64,000 nt of DNA from the NCBI GenBank assembly GCA_046583355.1, contig JAYGCM010000063.1, positions 32,001 to 96,000 of the forward strand, in the 5' to 3' direction. Source of the DNA: Deltaproteobacteria bacterium (GTDB lineage: Bacteria; Desulfobacterota; Binatia; UBA12015). Shown in pieces: positions 40,188 to 49,217 of the stretch (the first letter of the stretch is position 1; the number at the start of each line of letters is the position of its first letter). The notes beneath the pieces are model-generated. The model ran no database searches. It worked only from the letters and a program-made list of their open reading frames with translations, and was not told where the DNA came from. Both the position numbers and the translations under genes were made by a program.

Positions 40188-41255
40188 CTACTCATAGAGC
40201 GCCGCCGCGCCGCGCACCTTCTCCGCCACATATTCCCGCACGGCCGGCGGCCCGACCACCTCGATGTCGGCACCCCAAGTAAGAATCCACCAGGCCAGTT
40301 CGTGCCAGCCACGGGTCTTGAGTTCGAGACGCACCACGCCACGAACTCGCCGCGGCGACTCGCGCCAGAGGTGGCGCAGCCGCTCAGGAACCTGGCGGGC
40401 AGCATCGCCGGTGAGGCGCAATGAAATTTCGACCTCCTCGCCCATCCAGATGCCGAAGCCCTCGCGGCTCAGAGCGTGCGGGTTGTAGTCTTTGGGGATG
40501 CGGAATTTTCGCCCGGTTTTGGCGATGCCATCAACCCGCTCCACGGCGAGGTAGATCGGCTCCTGGTGGCGATCGGATACGCCCAGCACGTAGATGGCAT
40601 CGCGATAGAGCACGAGGCTGTAGGGCTTGAAGACATGGATAGACGCCTCGCCGTCGGCGCGGCGGTACTCCACACGAATCTCGCGGCGGTAAAGCACCGA
40701 CACGAAGAGTTCGTCGAGCACCTCGTTGTGGTTTGTATAATCCTTCGGCGCGAACGGAACGTAGACGAAGCGGCGCTCGATCTCGGCCAACGCATCGCGC
40801 GTCCTTTGCGGTAGCTTCTTGCGCGTCGCCTGCCAGAGGGCATCGCCACTCTCCCCGATATCGGTGCCGCGCAAAGAGCCCAGCGCAGCAACCGCCAGAA
40901 ACATGGTCGCGGCGTGGTGGGCGGGGCCGTCCACGCCCACCTCGGCCGCACGGACCTTCAGAATCACGCGGCGGCCGTGTCGCTCCTGTACCACGATCGG
41001 CTGGTGGTCGGAGCCGAAAACGTTTTTAGTGAGAATCTCCGTGTAGCGGTTGACGGTCTTCGCGCTGACGCCCAACTCCTCGGCAAGTTCTGATTTAACT
41101 CGGCCATGCGGTGCACGCAGCAGGGCCAGGAGCAGCTCCATGCAGCGAATGGTCGCGCCGTAGGTGGGTGTGCGCGAGGTCAATGCCTCGTCGGATTTCG
41201 GCTTGCGTGTCGATTTCGGTGACGAGCGCCGCTTTTTCGGTGTGTCTGCGGACAT
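40188..41255 (-). CDS. HTH-WYL-WCX transcriptional regulator (DriD/PafBC-like)
   Basis: ELAEELGVSAKTVNRY, PYSLVLYRDAIYVLG...AVERV, WILTWGADIEVVGP..VR. Confidence 0.92.
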   Translation of the reverse strand: MSADTPKKRRSSPKSTRKPKSDEALTSRTPTYGATIRCMELLLALLRAPHGRVKSELAEELGVSAKTVNRYTEILTKNVFGSDHQPIVVQERHGRRVILKVRAAEVGVDGPAHHAATMFLAVAALGSLRGTDIGESGDALWQATRKKLPQRTRDALAEIERRFVYVPFAPKDYTNHNEVLDELFVSVLYRREIRVEYRRADGEASIHVFKPYSLVLYRDAIYVLGVSDRHQEPIYLAVERVDGIAKTGRKFRIPKDYNPHALSREGFGIWMGEEVEISLRLTGDAARQVPERLRHLWRESPRRVRGVVRLELKTRGWHELAWWILTWGADIEVVGPPAVREYVAEKVRGAAALYE

Positions 41256-41317
41256 CTTGCGAAATTCTCAGGTTCTACCGCTGTAGACAAACGAAACTCC
41301 GTTCTGGAAACTACACG

Positions 41318-41884
41318 TCACGAGCGGAATTGGATACGGTCACCGATGGCGTCATGCACGCGCTGCCTTGCGGGGCCATCGAGGCGGAGCGTCTCGGCGA
41401 TGAAGGGCCCGAAAAAGCGCCACCCGAACACCTGCGCGAGGTCGGCCGCGGCGCGTTCGGGGTCGCTGCCCTGGCCGAGTCGTTGCAGCGCGGATGCGTG
41501 CGATTGCTGGGTGCGACCGTCGCCGAGCAGGAGCGCCCAGGCGAGGAGGCGGAGGTAGGTTCCCTGGGCCTCGGTCTCGCCGAGAATACTCTGCAGCAGC
41601 CTGCCCGGATCTCGCTCATCACCGAGGCGTGCCTCCCAGCGCGCCTCGTAGCGTGCGATGAGCTGCTCCAGCAATGCTTCGCGGTTGCCGAAATGCCGGC
41701 CGACCAGGCTGTAGGTGATGCCGGCCTCGCGGGCGATTTCGCGCAACGAGGTCTGCGCCGGACCGTGCTCGGCGATGCAGCGCTCGGCCGCGTCGAGGAC
41801 GGCTTCCACGATCTCATCGCGTCCAACAGGCTTTTTCGATGAGCGGGAACTCCTTTCGCGCAGGGCCTTGACCTCTGTGTCCAT
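41318..41884 (-). CDS. TetR-family regulator
   Basis: VLDAAERCIAEHGPAQTSLREIAREAGITYSLVGRHFG. Confidence 0.9.
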   Translation of the reverse strand: MDTEVKALRERSSRSSKKPVGRDEIVEAVLDAAERCIAEHGPAQTSLREIAREAGITYSLVGRHFGNREALLEQLIARYEARWEARLGDERDPGRLLQSILGETEAQGTYLRLLAWALLLGDGRTQQSHASALQRLGQGSDPERAAADLAQVFGWRFFGPFIAETLRLDGPARQRVHDAIGDRIQFRS

Positions 41885-41924
41885 TGGCCACACTCTATCA
41901 CAATGCTTCGTGGCCAATGGCCAC
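41877..41924. promoter_or_regulatory. Paired TetR operators
   Basis: Perfect palindrome GTGGCCA-A-TGGCCAC (41910-41924) and near copy GTGTCCATTGGCCAC (41877-41891) over the tetR start codon. Confidence 0.8.
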
Positions 41925-41968
41925 ACCATGCCGGAATCGACCGATCCCCGAAAAGACGAGGTGCTCGA

Positions 41969-43114
41969 ATGCGATTTTCCCTGATTTACGAATGCCAGAC
42001 CCAGGATGCGAGTCGTGCGGGCGACCACCGCGTCTTTGCCGAGGTTGTCGAGCAATGCCTGCTTGCCGAGGAGGTGGGCTTCGACGTCATCTGGGCGGTC
42101 GAGCATACGGCGCTGACGAAATACGCTCATATGAGCGCGCCCGAGACCTTCCTGGCCTATATCGCCGGCCGCACCACGCGCATCCATATCGGCCATGGCG
42201 TGGTCTGCCTGCCGCCGCAGATGAACCATCCCGTGAAGGTCGCCGAGCGCATCGCAACCCTCGACATCCTCTCCGGTGGGCGATTGCATTTCGGCATGGG
42301 CAAGGGCGGTACGCAGCAGGAGGCGGGGACCTTCGGCTACGACCTGACTGATCTCATGCCGATGATCGAGGAATCAATGCGGCTGATCCCGCGCTTCTTC
42401 GTGGAGGACAAGGTCGAGCACCACGGTCGTTTCATCGATATCCCCGAGCGGTCGATCCACCCCAAACCTTTTCAGGACCCGCACCCGCCCCTCTACCAGG
42501 CGTGCACGAAGACCGAGACGCTGGCCGACGCCGGTGCGCGTGGCATTGGTGCGCTGGTGCTCGGCTTCGGCGGGCCCGAGGAGGTCGCTGCCAAAAACAA
42601 GGTCTACAGAAAGGCCTTTGCCGAGCGGAAACCCGAAAACCAGATCGGCTACCGCCCGCTCGAGCATCTCGCCGCGCTCTGTCCCGCTATGGTCCTCACC
42701 GACGGCGCAGAGGCGCGCCGCATCGGGATTCGCGGCCAACGTTTTTTCATGGAAGCGATCTCCCATTGGAGCAGCGACGGTCAGGTTCCCCTGCCCGACC
42801 CGGACTCCTGGGACGAAGATACAAGCGTTCTCGCCGACGGGCGAACGGTGATCACCGCGAAGATCGGCTCTGAGGAGGTCAAGATCGATTTCTCCGACCC
42901 GAATATGGCGATGCTGAATCCCAACCACGCCTACGGCACTGTGGAGGATTGCATCGCCTACGTCCGCCGCCTGGCCGAAGCGGGCGCTGACGAGATTCTC
43001 TTCCTCTGCCAGATGGGCACGGTGCCGCAATGGGCGCAGCTCGAAACGATCCGCAACATCGGCGAGCACGTGATCCCCTGTTTCCGGGACAGCGAGGCGG
43101 CCCGACAGCCTTAG
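41969..43114 (+). CDS. LLM-class flavin-dependent oxidoreductase
   Basis: WAVEH, HIGHGVV, AERIATLDILSGGR, PKPFQDPHPP. Confidence 0.92.
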   Translation: MRFSLIYECQTQDASRAGDHRVFAEVVEQCLLAEEVGFDVIWAVEHTALTKYAHMSAPETFLAYIAGRTTRIHIGHGVVCLPPQMNHPVKVAERIATLDILSGGRLHFGMGKGGTQQEAGTFGYDLTDLMPMIEESMRLIPRFFVEDKVEHHGRFIDIPERSIHPKPFQDPHPPLYQACTKTETLADAGARGIGALVLGFGGPEEVAAKNKVYRKAFAERKPENQIGYRPLEHLAALCPAMVLTDGAEARRIGIRGQRFFMEAISHWSSDGQVPLPDPDSWDEDTSVLADGRTVITAKIGSEEVKIDFSDPNMAMLNPNHAYGTVEDCIAYVRRLAEAGADEILFLCQMGTVPQWAQLETIRNIGEHVIPCFRDSEAARQP

Positions 43115-43159
43115 CCCCGCGGGTCCTGCAGCCCGAGCCAACGATCCCGCTCGAAATAA

Positions 43160-43173
43160 CCTGCATGACAATG
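43160..43173 (+). repeat. Partial third copy of the 24-bp motif
   Basis: CCTGCATGACAATG, identical to the core of copy 2. Confidence 0.55.
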
Positions 43174-43309
43174 TGTTCCAAACGTTCAGTTGCAAAGCTT
43201 GCGCCATGGCTTCAGCGCGCAGAGCTCCCTCCGCACAACCCGCTGCGCGCCAGCGCAAGACGGCAACGGCGACGTGCGTAGCGATGCCAGATCCGGCATA
43301 ATGAGCGTT

Positions 43310-43787
43310 CATTATCGACGTGGTTCGGCGCAGGCCGTAGAGGCAGAACAGGACCATGCGCGGCGAAAACAGGGAGGGCAACGTGGCTGAGCGGGGAAAA
43401 ATCAAAACAAGTTCCGGCAACGTCTTTGCGGATCTGGGCCTCCCGGAGGCCGAAGATCGCCTTGCCAAAGTCAACCTCGCGTACGAAATCAGCTGCATCC
43501 TGGAGCGGCTCGGCTGGACGCAGCGCCAGGCCGCCGAGATCCTTGGCATCGACCAACCCAAGGTCTCTGCGCTGATCAACGGTCGACTTGCAGGTTTCTC
43601 GACAGACCGCCTCTTGCGATTTGTGGTGGCACCTCAAACCAGAATGTCCGGGCACCGTCCGCTTCGGCGTGCCGCAGCTGCAGCGGCACACCGGCAAGCC
43701 CCTGGATATGCGCCAACTCCGCCGCAGTCAGCCGCCTCGGGTCCAGGTCGGCATCGCGACTCGCCCGGTCGCGCAGCAGAACGATAA
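43310..43787 (+). pseudogene. Decayed HigBA-type TA: frameshifted toxin C-terminal remnant and XRE antitoxin (GTG 43383) with lost C-terminus
   Basis: IDVVRRR / EAEQDHARRK in different frames; SSGNVFADLGLPEAE...TQRQAAEILGIDQPKVSAL..GRL.GFSTDRL, then non-homologous read-through after about 43630. Confidence 0.7.
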
Positions 43788-44140
43788 TTCCGGGAATTCG
43801 GCGCCCGTGCATCATGGTTTGCTCTGGAGGATCCACCGCGCGGGCCTCTGCCACGACGGGGCTCCAACAGAGCAGAGCCAGGAGAGAGAAGAACCTCCGG
43901 ATCCAAGCCCGGGTCCATACGAAAAGCGCGGTCGATGACGGCTCATCTGCCGTAGCGAATCCGGGATTGCTTCGTCAGTCAACCGGGTCCGGGCAGAGGC
44001 TGTCCGGACCCCGACAAGCGCAACCGCGGCCAAGGCCGAGGAGCCGATCCAGAACGCCGAATCCCAGGGGCCTCGGTCTGCCGGTTTGACATGCAGGCGC
44101 GATCGCGCGACGGACTACCCAACTTTGAAGGAGTCGTTTC

Positions 44141-44521
44141 ATGGAAGCCGTTGCAATAGTTACCGTTCTGGCGTTGTTGGAATATTTTGCTTTTTCCCTG
44201 CAGGTGGGCAAGGCGCGTGGGGAGTACAAGATCGATGCGCCGGCCACTACCGGGCATCCGATCTTTGAGCGCACGCTCCGGGTGCAGCAGAATACGCTGG
44301 AACAGCTTGTCCTCTTTCTTCCCGGACTCTGGCTCTTCGCCACCTATGTGAATGCGGAGATTGCCGCGGTTCTCGGCCTGGTCTTCATTGTCGGCCGCGC
44401 TCTCTATGCGCGCGCCTATGTCGCCGAGCCCGGCAGCAGGACCATCGGCTTTGTACTCGGCCTTGCGGCCGAGGGCATTTTGCTGATCGGCGCGCTGGTC
44501 GGCGCCATCCTGAGCTACTGA
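44141..44521 (+). CDS. MAPEG family membrane protein
   Basis: VGKARG, FERTLRVQQNTLEQ, GRALYARAY. Confidence 0.92.
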   Translation: MEAVAIVTVLALLEYFAFSLQVGKARGEYKIDAPATTGHPIFERTLRVQQNTLEQLVLFLPGLWLFATYVNAEIAAVLGLVFIVGRALYARAYVAEPGSRTIGFVLGLAAEGILLIGALVGAILSY

Positions 44522-44586
44522 ACGTGTCCCACGGCTTCCGCCCGACGCAGGTGGCGGACGGACTGCATGCTGATAGAAGTAGCTGC

Positions 44587-45492
44587 ATGATCATTCTGCG
44601 AAATCTCATGCTCGCGCTCATGCTCGGCGGCACAAGCCTGCTGGGCGCCTGCAGCGGCAGCGACAACTCGGGCCCAACCGGCGACTTCGTGGCTCTCAGC
44701 TACAACGTCGCGGGCTTGCCGGAGGCTCTCTCGGGCTCGCAACCGGCCACCTTCATGCCACTAATCGGGCCTCTGCTGAACGACTACGACCTGGTGCTCG
44801 TACAGGAGAGCTGGCTTACGCCTGACCCGAACCCCTTTGCGCCGCTGCGGGTCTATCATGAAATTCTAATGGCGGCCTCCACCCAACTCTTTCAATCCGT
44901 CCCCGGCATCAACCCGCTGAACAACGACCTGCGCCGACCGGAGGCAACCCTGGGTGACGGGTTGAACCGCTTCTCACGCTTCTCCTTCGAGCCGGTGACG
45001 CGGATTGCCTGGGATGGCTGCGACAATACCTCAGCCGATTGCCTCGCCTTCAAAGGCTTCAGCTTCGCGCGCACGACGCTCGCCGATGGCGTCATTATCG
45101 ATGTCTATAATCTGCATATGGAGGCCGGAGGGTCGGCCAACGACGACGCTTTGCGCGCCGCCGGAGTCGAACAGATGCTGGCCCAATTGAATGGCGTATC
45201 GGCCGGCCGGGCCGTGATCATCGGCGGCGACTTCAACCTGCACACCGACGACGAGCCCGACTCGACCACCTATGGGCATTTGCTGGAAGCGGCGGGACTG
45301 GTCGATGTCTGCGCCGCGCTCGAATGCCCAGAGACAGGAAGAATCGACAAATTCGCTTTCCGCAGTGGCGGCGGCGTCACGCTGGAGCCCACGTCGTGGA
45401 ATTTTGAGAACGACGTCTTCGTCAGTGCCGAAGGCGAGCCCCTCTCCGACCACGACGCGCTGGCCGTGCGCTTCCGTTGGGCCACGGACTGA
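44587..45492 (+). CDS. Endonuclease/exonuclease/phosphatase-family lipoprotein
   Basis: LGAC lipobox; SYNVAG, VQE, NLHM, GGDFN, SDH. Confidence 0.87.
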   Translation: MIILRNLMLALMLGGTSLLGACSGSDNSGPTGDFVALSYNVAGLPEALSGSQPATFMPLIGPLLNDYDLVLVQESWLTPDPNPFAPLRVYHEILMAASTQLFQSVPGINPLNNDLRRPEATLGDGLNRFSRFSFEPVTRIAWDGCDNTSADCLAFKGFSFARTTLADGVIIDVYNLHMEAGGSANDDALRAAGVEQMLAQLNGVSAGRAVIIGGDFNLHTDDEPDSTTYGHLLEAAGLVDVCAALECPETGRIDKFAFRSGGGVTLEPTSWNFENDVFVSAEGEPLSDHDALAVRFRWATD

Positions 45493-45510
45493 CCGGGCGG
45501 AGCGACGCGC

Positions 45511-46662
45511 ATGACAACCGATGCGAGCGCGAGCCCGGATGTCGTCGCGATTGCCGAGGGCTTCGCAGCGACGCTGCGCCGCCGGGCCACTGAGATCGAG
45601 GCGGCCGGAAGGCTGCCGCAGGATCTTGCCAGCGAGCTGGCCGCCGCGGGCCTCTACCGGCTCTGGATGCCGCTTGCCCACGGCGGGTTTGAAACGCCTC
45701 CACCCGACGCCATGCGCGCACTTGAGGTGCTCGCCGCGGCCGACGCCTCGACGGCCTGGTGTGTCTTCATCGGCATCACCTCGACCCTGCCCTTGGCGAA
45801 CCTGAGCGACGACACCATCCGTGAAATCTTCGCCAAACCCGAGACCCGGCTCTCGGGCGTCTTCGAGCCCGCCGGCCTGGCGACGCCGGTCGAAGGTGGC
45901 CTGCGCGTAAGCGGCGAATGGTCCTTTGGCTCAGGCAGCTACAACGCAGATTGGATCGGAGCCGGTGTCCGCATCGGCGACGCCGAGAATCCCTCGGCAA
46001 CGTCCTATATTTTCGTGCCCGCCAGCGACGTCAAGCTTCTCGGCACCTGGGATGTCTCTGGTCTCTGTGGCACCGGCAGCACTCATTTCCGGATGGAGGA
46101 TGTCTTCGTCCCCGCGCGTCGAGCCATCGGCCTGACCACGGCGACACCGCCGGATCGACCGCTCTACCGCTTCTCGATGTTCACGCTCCTGGGCATGAGC
46201 ATCGGCGCCATCGCCAACGGACTCGCGCGAGCGGCCCTGGATGAGTTTGCCCACCTCGCATCCACCAAAGCGCCGGCGGGTGGGCGCCGCCCCTTGTCGC
46301 AGCGCCCGAACGTGCAGCTAGAGATCGGCCGCGCCGAAACCCGCCTGCGGGCTGCTCGCGCGTATTTTCATCAGACCTTGCAAGCCGCTTGGCAAGCCGC
46401 GGTGAAGGGCGATCCGATCTCACGCGAGCATTGCGTCGAGATCCGCACGGCGACCTGCAACGCGGTCGATGCCGCACTCGAGATCACCCAATGCGTGCAC
46501 CGGCTGGCCGGCAGCGCGGCCCTCTACCGCAGCAGCCCGTTACAGCGCTACCTGCGCGATGCGCAGGTGGTTGCCCAGCATATCATGGCTCGGCCGGTCT
46601 TCTACGAGCTTGCCGGCAGCCATTTCCTCGGCGAGGAACATCCGAGCACCGCTTTTCTCTGA
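45511..46662 (+). CDS. ACAD-fold flavin-dependent monooxygenase (HsaA-like)
   Basis: DASTAWC, GEWSFGSG, WDVSGLCGTGS, LQRYLRD...H. Confidence 0.85.
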   Translation: MTTDASASPDVVAIAEGFAATLRRRATEIEAAGRLPQDLASELAAAGLYRLWMPLAHGGFETPPPDAMRALEVLAAADASTAWCVFIGITSTLPLANLSDDTIREIFAKPETRLSGVFEPAGLATPVEGGLRVSGEWSFGSGSYNADWIGAGVRIGDAENPSATSYIFVPASDVKLLGTWDVSGLCGTGSTHFRMEDVFVPARRAIGLTTATPPDRPLYRFSMFTLLGMSIGAIANGLARAALDEFAHLASTKAPAGGRRPLSQRPNVQLEIGRAETRLRAARAYFHQTLQAAWQAAVKGDPISREHCVEIRTATCNAVDAALEITQCVHRLAGSAALYRSSPLQRYLRDAQVVAQHIMARPVFYELAGSHFLGEEHPSTAFL

Positions 46663-46710
46663 GGCCTGGCCGGCGATCCACGAACGCCTCCGCCGCTGCC
46701 AGAGGACAAG

Positions 46711-47979
46711 CTATTCGGGCGTCAATGCGTCGACCGTATCGACCGCGCCGAAGGCCTGCTGGTCGGCGCCGCCGGGGACGAAAATCTGCCCGAAGAGACC
46801 AGCCGCACCCATGCCATGGCGCGGAAAGGGCATCGGCGCCAGAACCTCCCAGGTGTTGCTCACCGGGTCATAAACCTCCACATCATCGAAGACGCCGCGG
46901 CTGCCCGGAGCGGGGTTTCCCTCGCCGCCAAGCACGTAAATTCGGCCGCCGAGGACGGCCCCCGCCACGCCGCCGCGCGGGGTCGGAATATCGGCTCGCA
47001 GCGCCCATTCTCCGCTCGCCGTATCGTAGGCATGCACAGCAGCCGAAACCCCCGTGATGCCACCGTCGCGCCCGCCCAGCAGGTAGAGAACACCGTCCAC
47101 CGCACCGACCGCTGCATGCTCCAGGGCGCTCGGCACATCAGTGAGAATCTCCCAACTATCTGCTGCAGGGTCGTAGACCGAGAAGTCCGCCTGCGTGCCA
47201 TTGCGCAACCCGCCGGCCACATAAATGCGGCCGCCGATCGCCGCGACGGCCGAAGCACCGCGCTGCGTGCCGGCCGGCATCGAGCTTTTCTCCGTCCACG
47301 TGTCTTCACCCGGATCGTATTCAAAAACACGCCCATCGGCCGCGAAGCCGACCGCGCGCAGAAATCCTGTCACATAAATTTTACCTGCTACCGCCGCGAC
47401 GTTGGCATGGTGCATCGGTACCGGCAGCGGCGCAATATCCGAGCGCCATGAGCCACGCAGCGGGTCGTAGGCCGCAACGCTATCGAGGACCTGGCCGCTC
47501 CCGCTGAACCCGCCGAATATCCAGATCTCCCCTGCGAAGGCGAGCGTGGGGTGTTCCTGACGCGCGCCTCCCGCCAGCGGGGCCAGGGTCTGCCAGCCGG
47601 CCACGAGTCGCGGCAGGAAGAATGCCTCGGGGAGCGCCACCTCGGCAATGAAGCTGAACTGCTCAGGCGCGCACGGCGCCTGCGCGCAGCGGTCGGCACC
47701 GAAGCAGGAAAACATCAGCTCGCCGCCCTCGCCTTCGGGCGGCGCGCCGGTCTCTTCGCACCAGACAAACGCCGGCGGGTCGCCGCCGGGCCGGAAGACA
47801 TTGCCGGTGACCGTGCCATCCGGGTTGCGCGAGATCGCCCAACGCTCGCCACCGACGTCCTTGCTGATCAGTGTCCGCCGGCCATCGGGCGTAAGCTGCA
47901 ACCCGGAACCTTGCGCAAACGCTGTCGCGCATAAAAAAAAGGAAGCCAGGACCCCAGCTGCGAGCACACGTATCTGCAT
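46711..47979 (-). CDS. Exported Kelch-repeat protein with an N-terminal Cys-containing domain
   Basis: Signal peptide; six Kelch repeats (IYVAGG...YDP...W). Confidence 0.88.
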   Translation of the reverse strand: MQIRVLAAGVLASFFLCATAFAQGSGLQLTPDGRRTLISKDVGGERWAISRNPDGTVTGNVFRPGGDPPAFVWCEETGAPPEGEGGELMFSCFGADRCAQAPCAPEQFSFIAEVALPEAFFLPRLVAGWQTLAPLAGGARQEHPTLAFAGEIWIFGGFSGSGQVLDSVAAYDPLRGSWRSDIAPLPVPMHHANVAAVAGKIYVTGFLRAVGFAADGRVFEYDPGEDTWTEKSSMPAGTQRGASAVAAIGGRIYVAGGLRNGTQADFSVYDPAADSWEILTDVPSALEHAAVGAVDGVLYLLGGRDGGITGVSAAVHAYDTASGEWALRADIPTPRGGVAGAVLGGRIYVLGGEGNPAPGSRGVFDDVEVYDPVSNTWEVLAPMPFPRHGMGAAGLFGQIFVPGGADQQAFGAVDTVDALTPE

Positions 47980-48107
47980 GCCCGCATCATGGTCTGCCCA
48001 GGCCAAGGCGGCAAGCGGCAATCGCTTTGCCGGGTGAAGAATGCGATGAAAAAGAGCGCTTCGTAGCCAGGCATCCGGCGCCGGCCGCAGAGCCGAGGTG
48101 AGAAATC

Positions 48108-48515
48108 ATGCAAGTAGAGACGCTCGATCATATCCATATCTACAGTGCTCATCCCGAGGAATCCGCGCTCTTCTACCGCGAACGATTCAATGCGATCGAG
48201 ATCGTGCGCAACGAGAATATCCACAAACAAACGCGCATCTTCCTGGCTCTCGCCGGCCAGGTGGTGGTGATCGGACCCTTTCCACCCGATATCGAGCCCG
48301 CCAGGCCGGGTGCGGCCGGTGATGGGGCCTACCGGCACGGCTTCGGCGTGGCGCATTTCGGTCTGCGCGTGGCCGACGTCGTCGCGGCGACCGAAGAGCT
48401 ACGCGAGGCGGGCGTAAAGATCCTCGGCGAACCGGTGCTCGAGCCGGGGGGCCTGTCCTATTCCTATATCGAGGCGCCCGACGGAGTCGTCCTGGAGCTC
48501 ACACAATACGCGTAA
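48108..48515 (+). CDS. VOC family protein
   Basis: LDHIHI, HFGLRV, APDGVVLEL. Confidence 0.88.
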   Translation: MQVETLDHIHIYSAHPEESALFYRERFNAIEIVRNENIHKQTRIFLALAGQVVVIGPFPPDIEPARPGAAGDGAYRHGFGVAHFGLRVADVVAATEELREAGVKILGEPVLEPGGLSYSYIEAPDGVVLELTQYA

Positions 48516-48583
48516 ATTCGGGCCGATCCATCCCGCCAGTCGATTTCGCTTGCAGCCGTCGCGCACAGGCGGGAAGAAGAGGA

Positions 48584-49153
48584 ATGGACGATAATGGCTT
48601 TGATCACGAGAAGATCCCCCTGCTTCGACCGCCAGCTGATATCGCTCGGCGCAAAAGCTCGGGCGTGGCCATGCTCTGCCTGCTGGCAGGCCTGCTACTG
48701 AGCGCGGCATCGGCATTGCCGGCGCTCGCCGCTGCAACGGACCAGGGCCGAACCTTCACCGCGACCGAAAACACAGCGCTTCACGCTGCCAAATACATCT
48801 ATATCGCCAGCACGCGAAAAGATGGCTCGCTCAGCAAGCCGGCCGAAATCTGGTTTCGCAACCATGACGGCGCCGTCTATGTCGGCACCAGCCCCGAGAG
48901 CTGGCGAGCGCGGCGTATCGGTTGGGGCCGACCGCAAGCAAAAATATGGATTGGCAGCCGCGAGGGCCCGAGCTTCGAAGCCCGCGGGACAATTGTGCGT
49001 GAACCCGACCAGGTCACGCCCTTCTGCGACGCGATCGCGAAGAAATACCCCGACTCCTGGCCGAAATACGAGAAACGCTTTCGCGAAGGCCTGAAAGACG
49101 GCCAACGCGTCATGATCCGCTACACACCCATGCGGGCAACCCCCAAGCCCTGA
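48584..49153 (+). CDS. PPOX-like split-barrel protein with an N-terminal signal-like segment
   Basis: IASTRKDGS...EIWF, SWRARRI, KKY; start could be 48671. Confidence 0.7.
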   Translation: MDDNGFDHEKIPLLRPPADIARRKSSGVAMLCLLAGLLLSAASALPALAAATDQGRTFTATENTALHAAKYIYIASTRKDGSLSKPAEIWFRNHDGAVYVGTSPESWRARRIGWGRPQAKIWIGSREGPSFEARGTIVREPDQVTPFCDAIAKKYPDSWPKYEKRFREGLKDGQRVMIRYTPMRATPKP

Positions 49154-49217
49154 TCAGCAGGGGGCTACCGGATCACGGCATCGATCGGCCCGACGACCAC
49201 GATCGCGGCGTCGGCCA

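Noticed and set aside
40188..41255. WYL gene as a marker of CRISPR, BREX or CBASS
   Set aside because: No cas genes, repeat-spacer array or known defence genes in the window
33881..49153. Run of short, mostly co-oriented genes as an integron cassette array
   Set aside because: No attC-like sites or integrase recognised; several genes are reversed and have their own regulators
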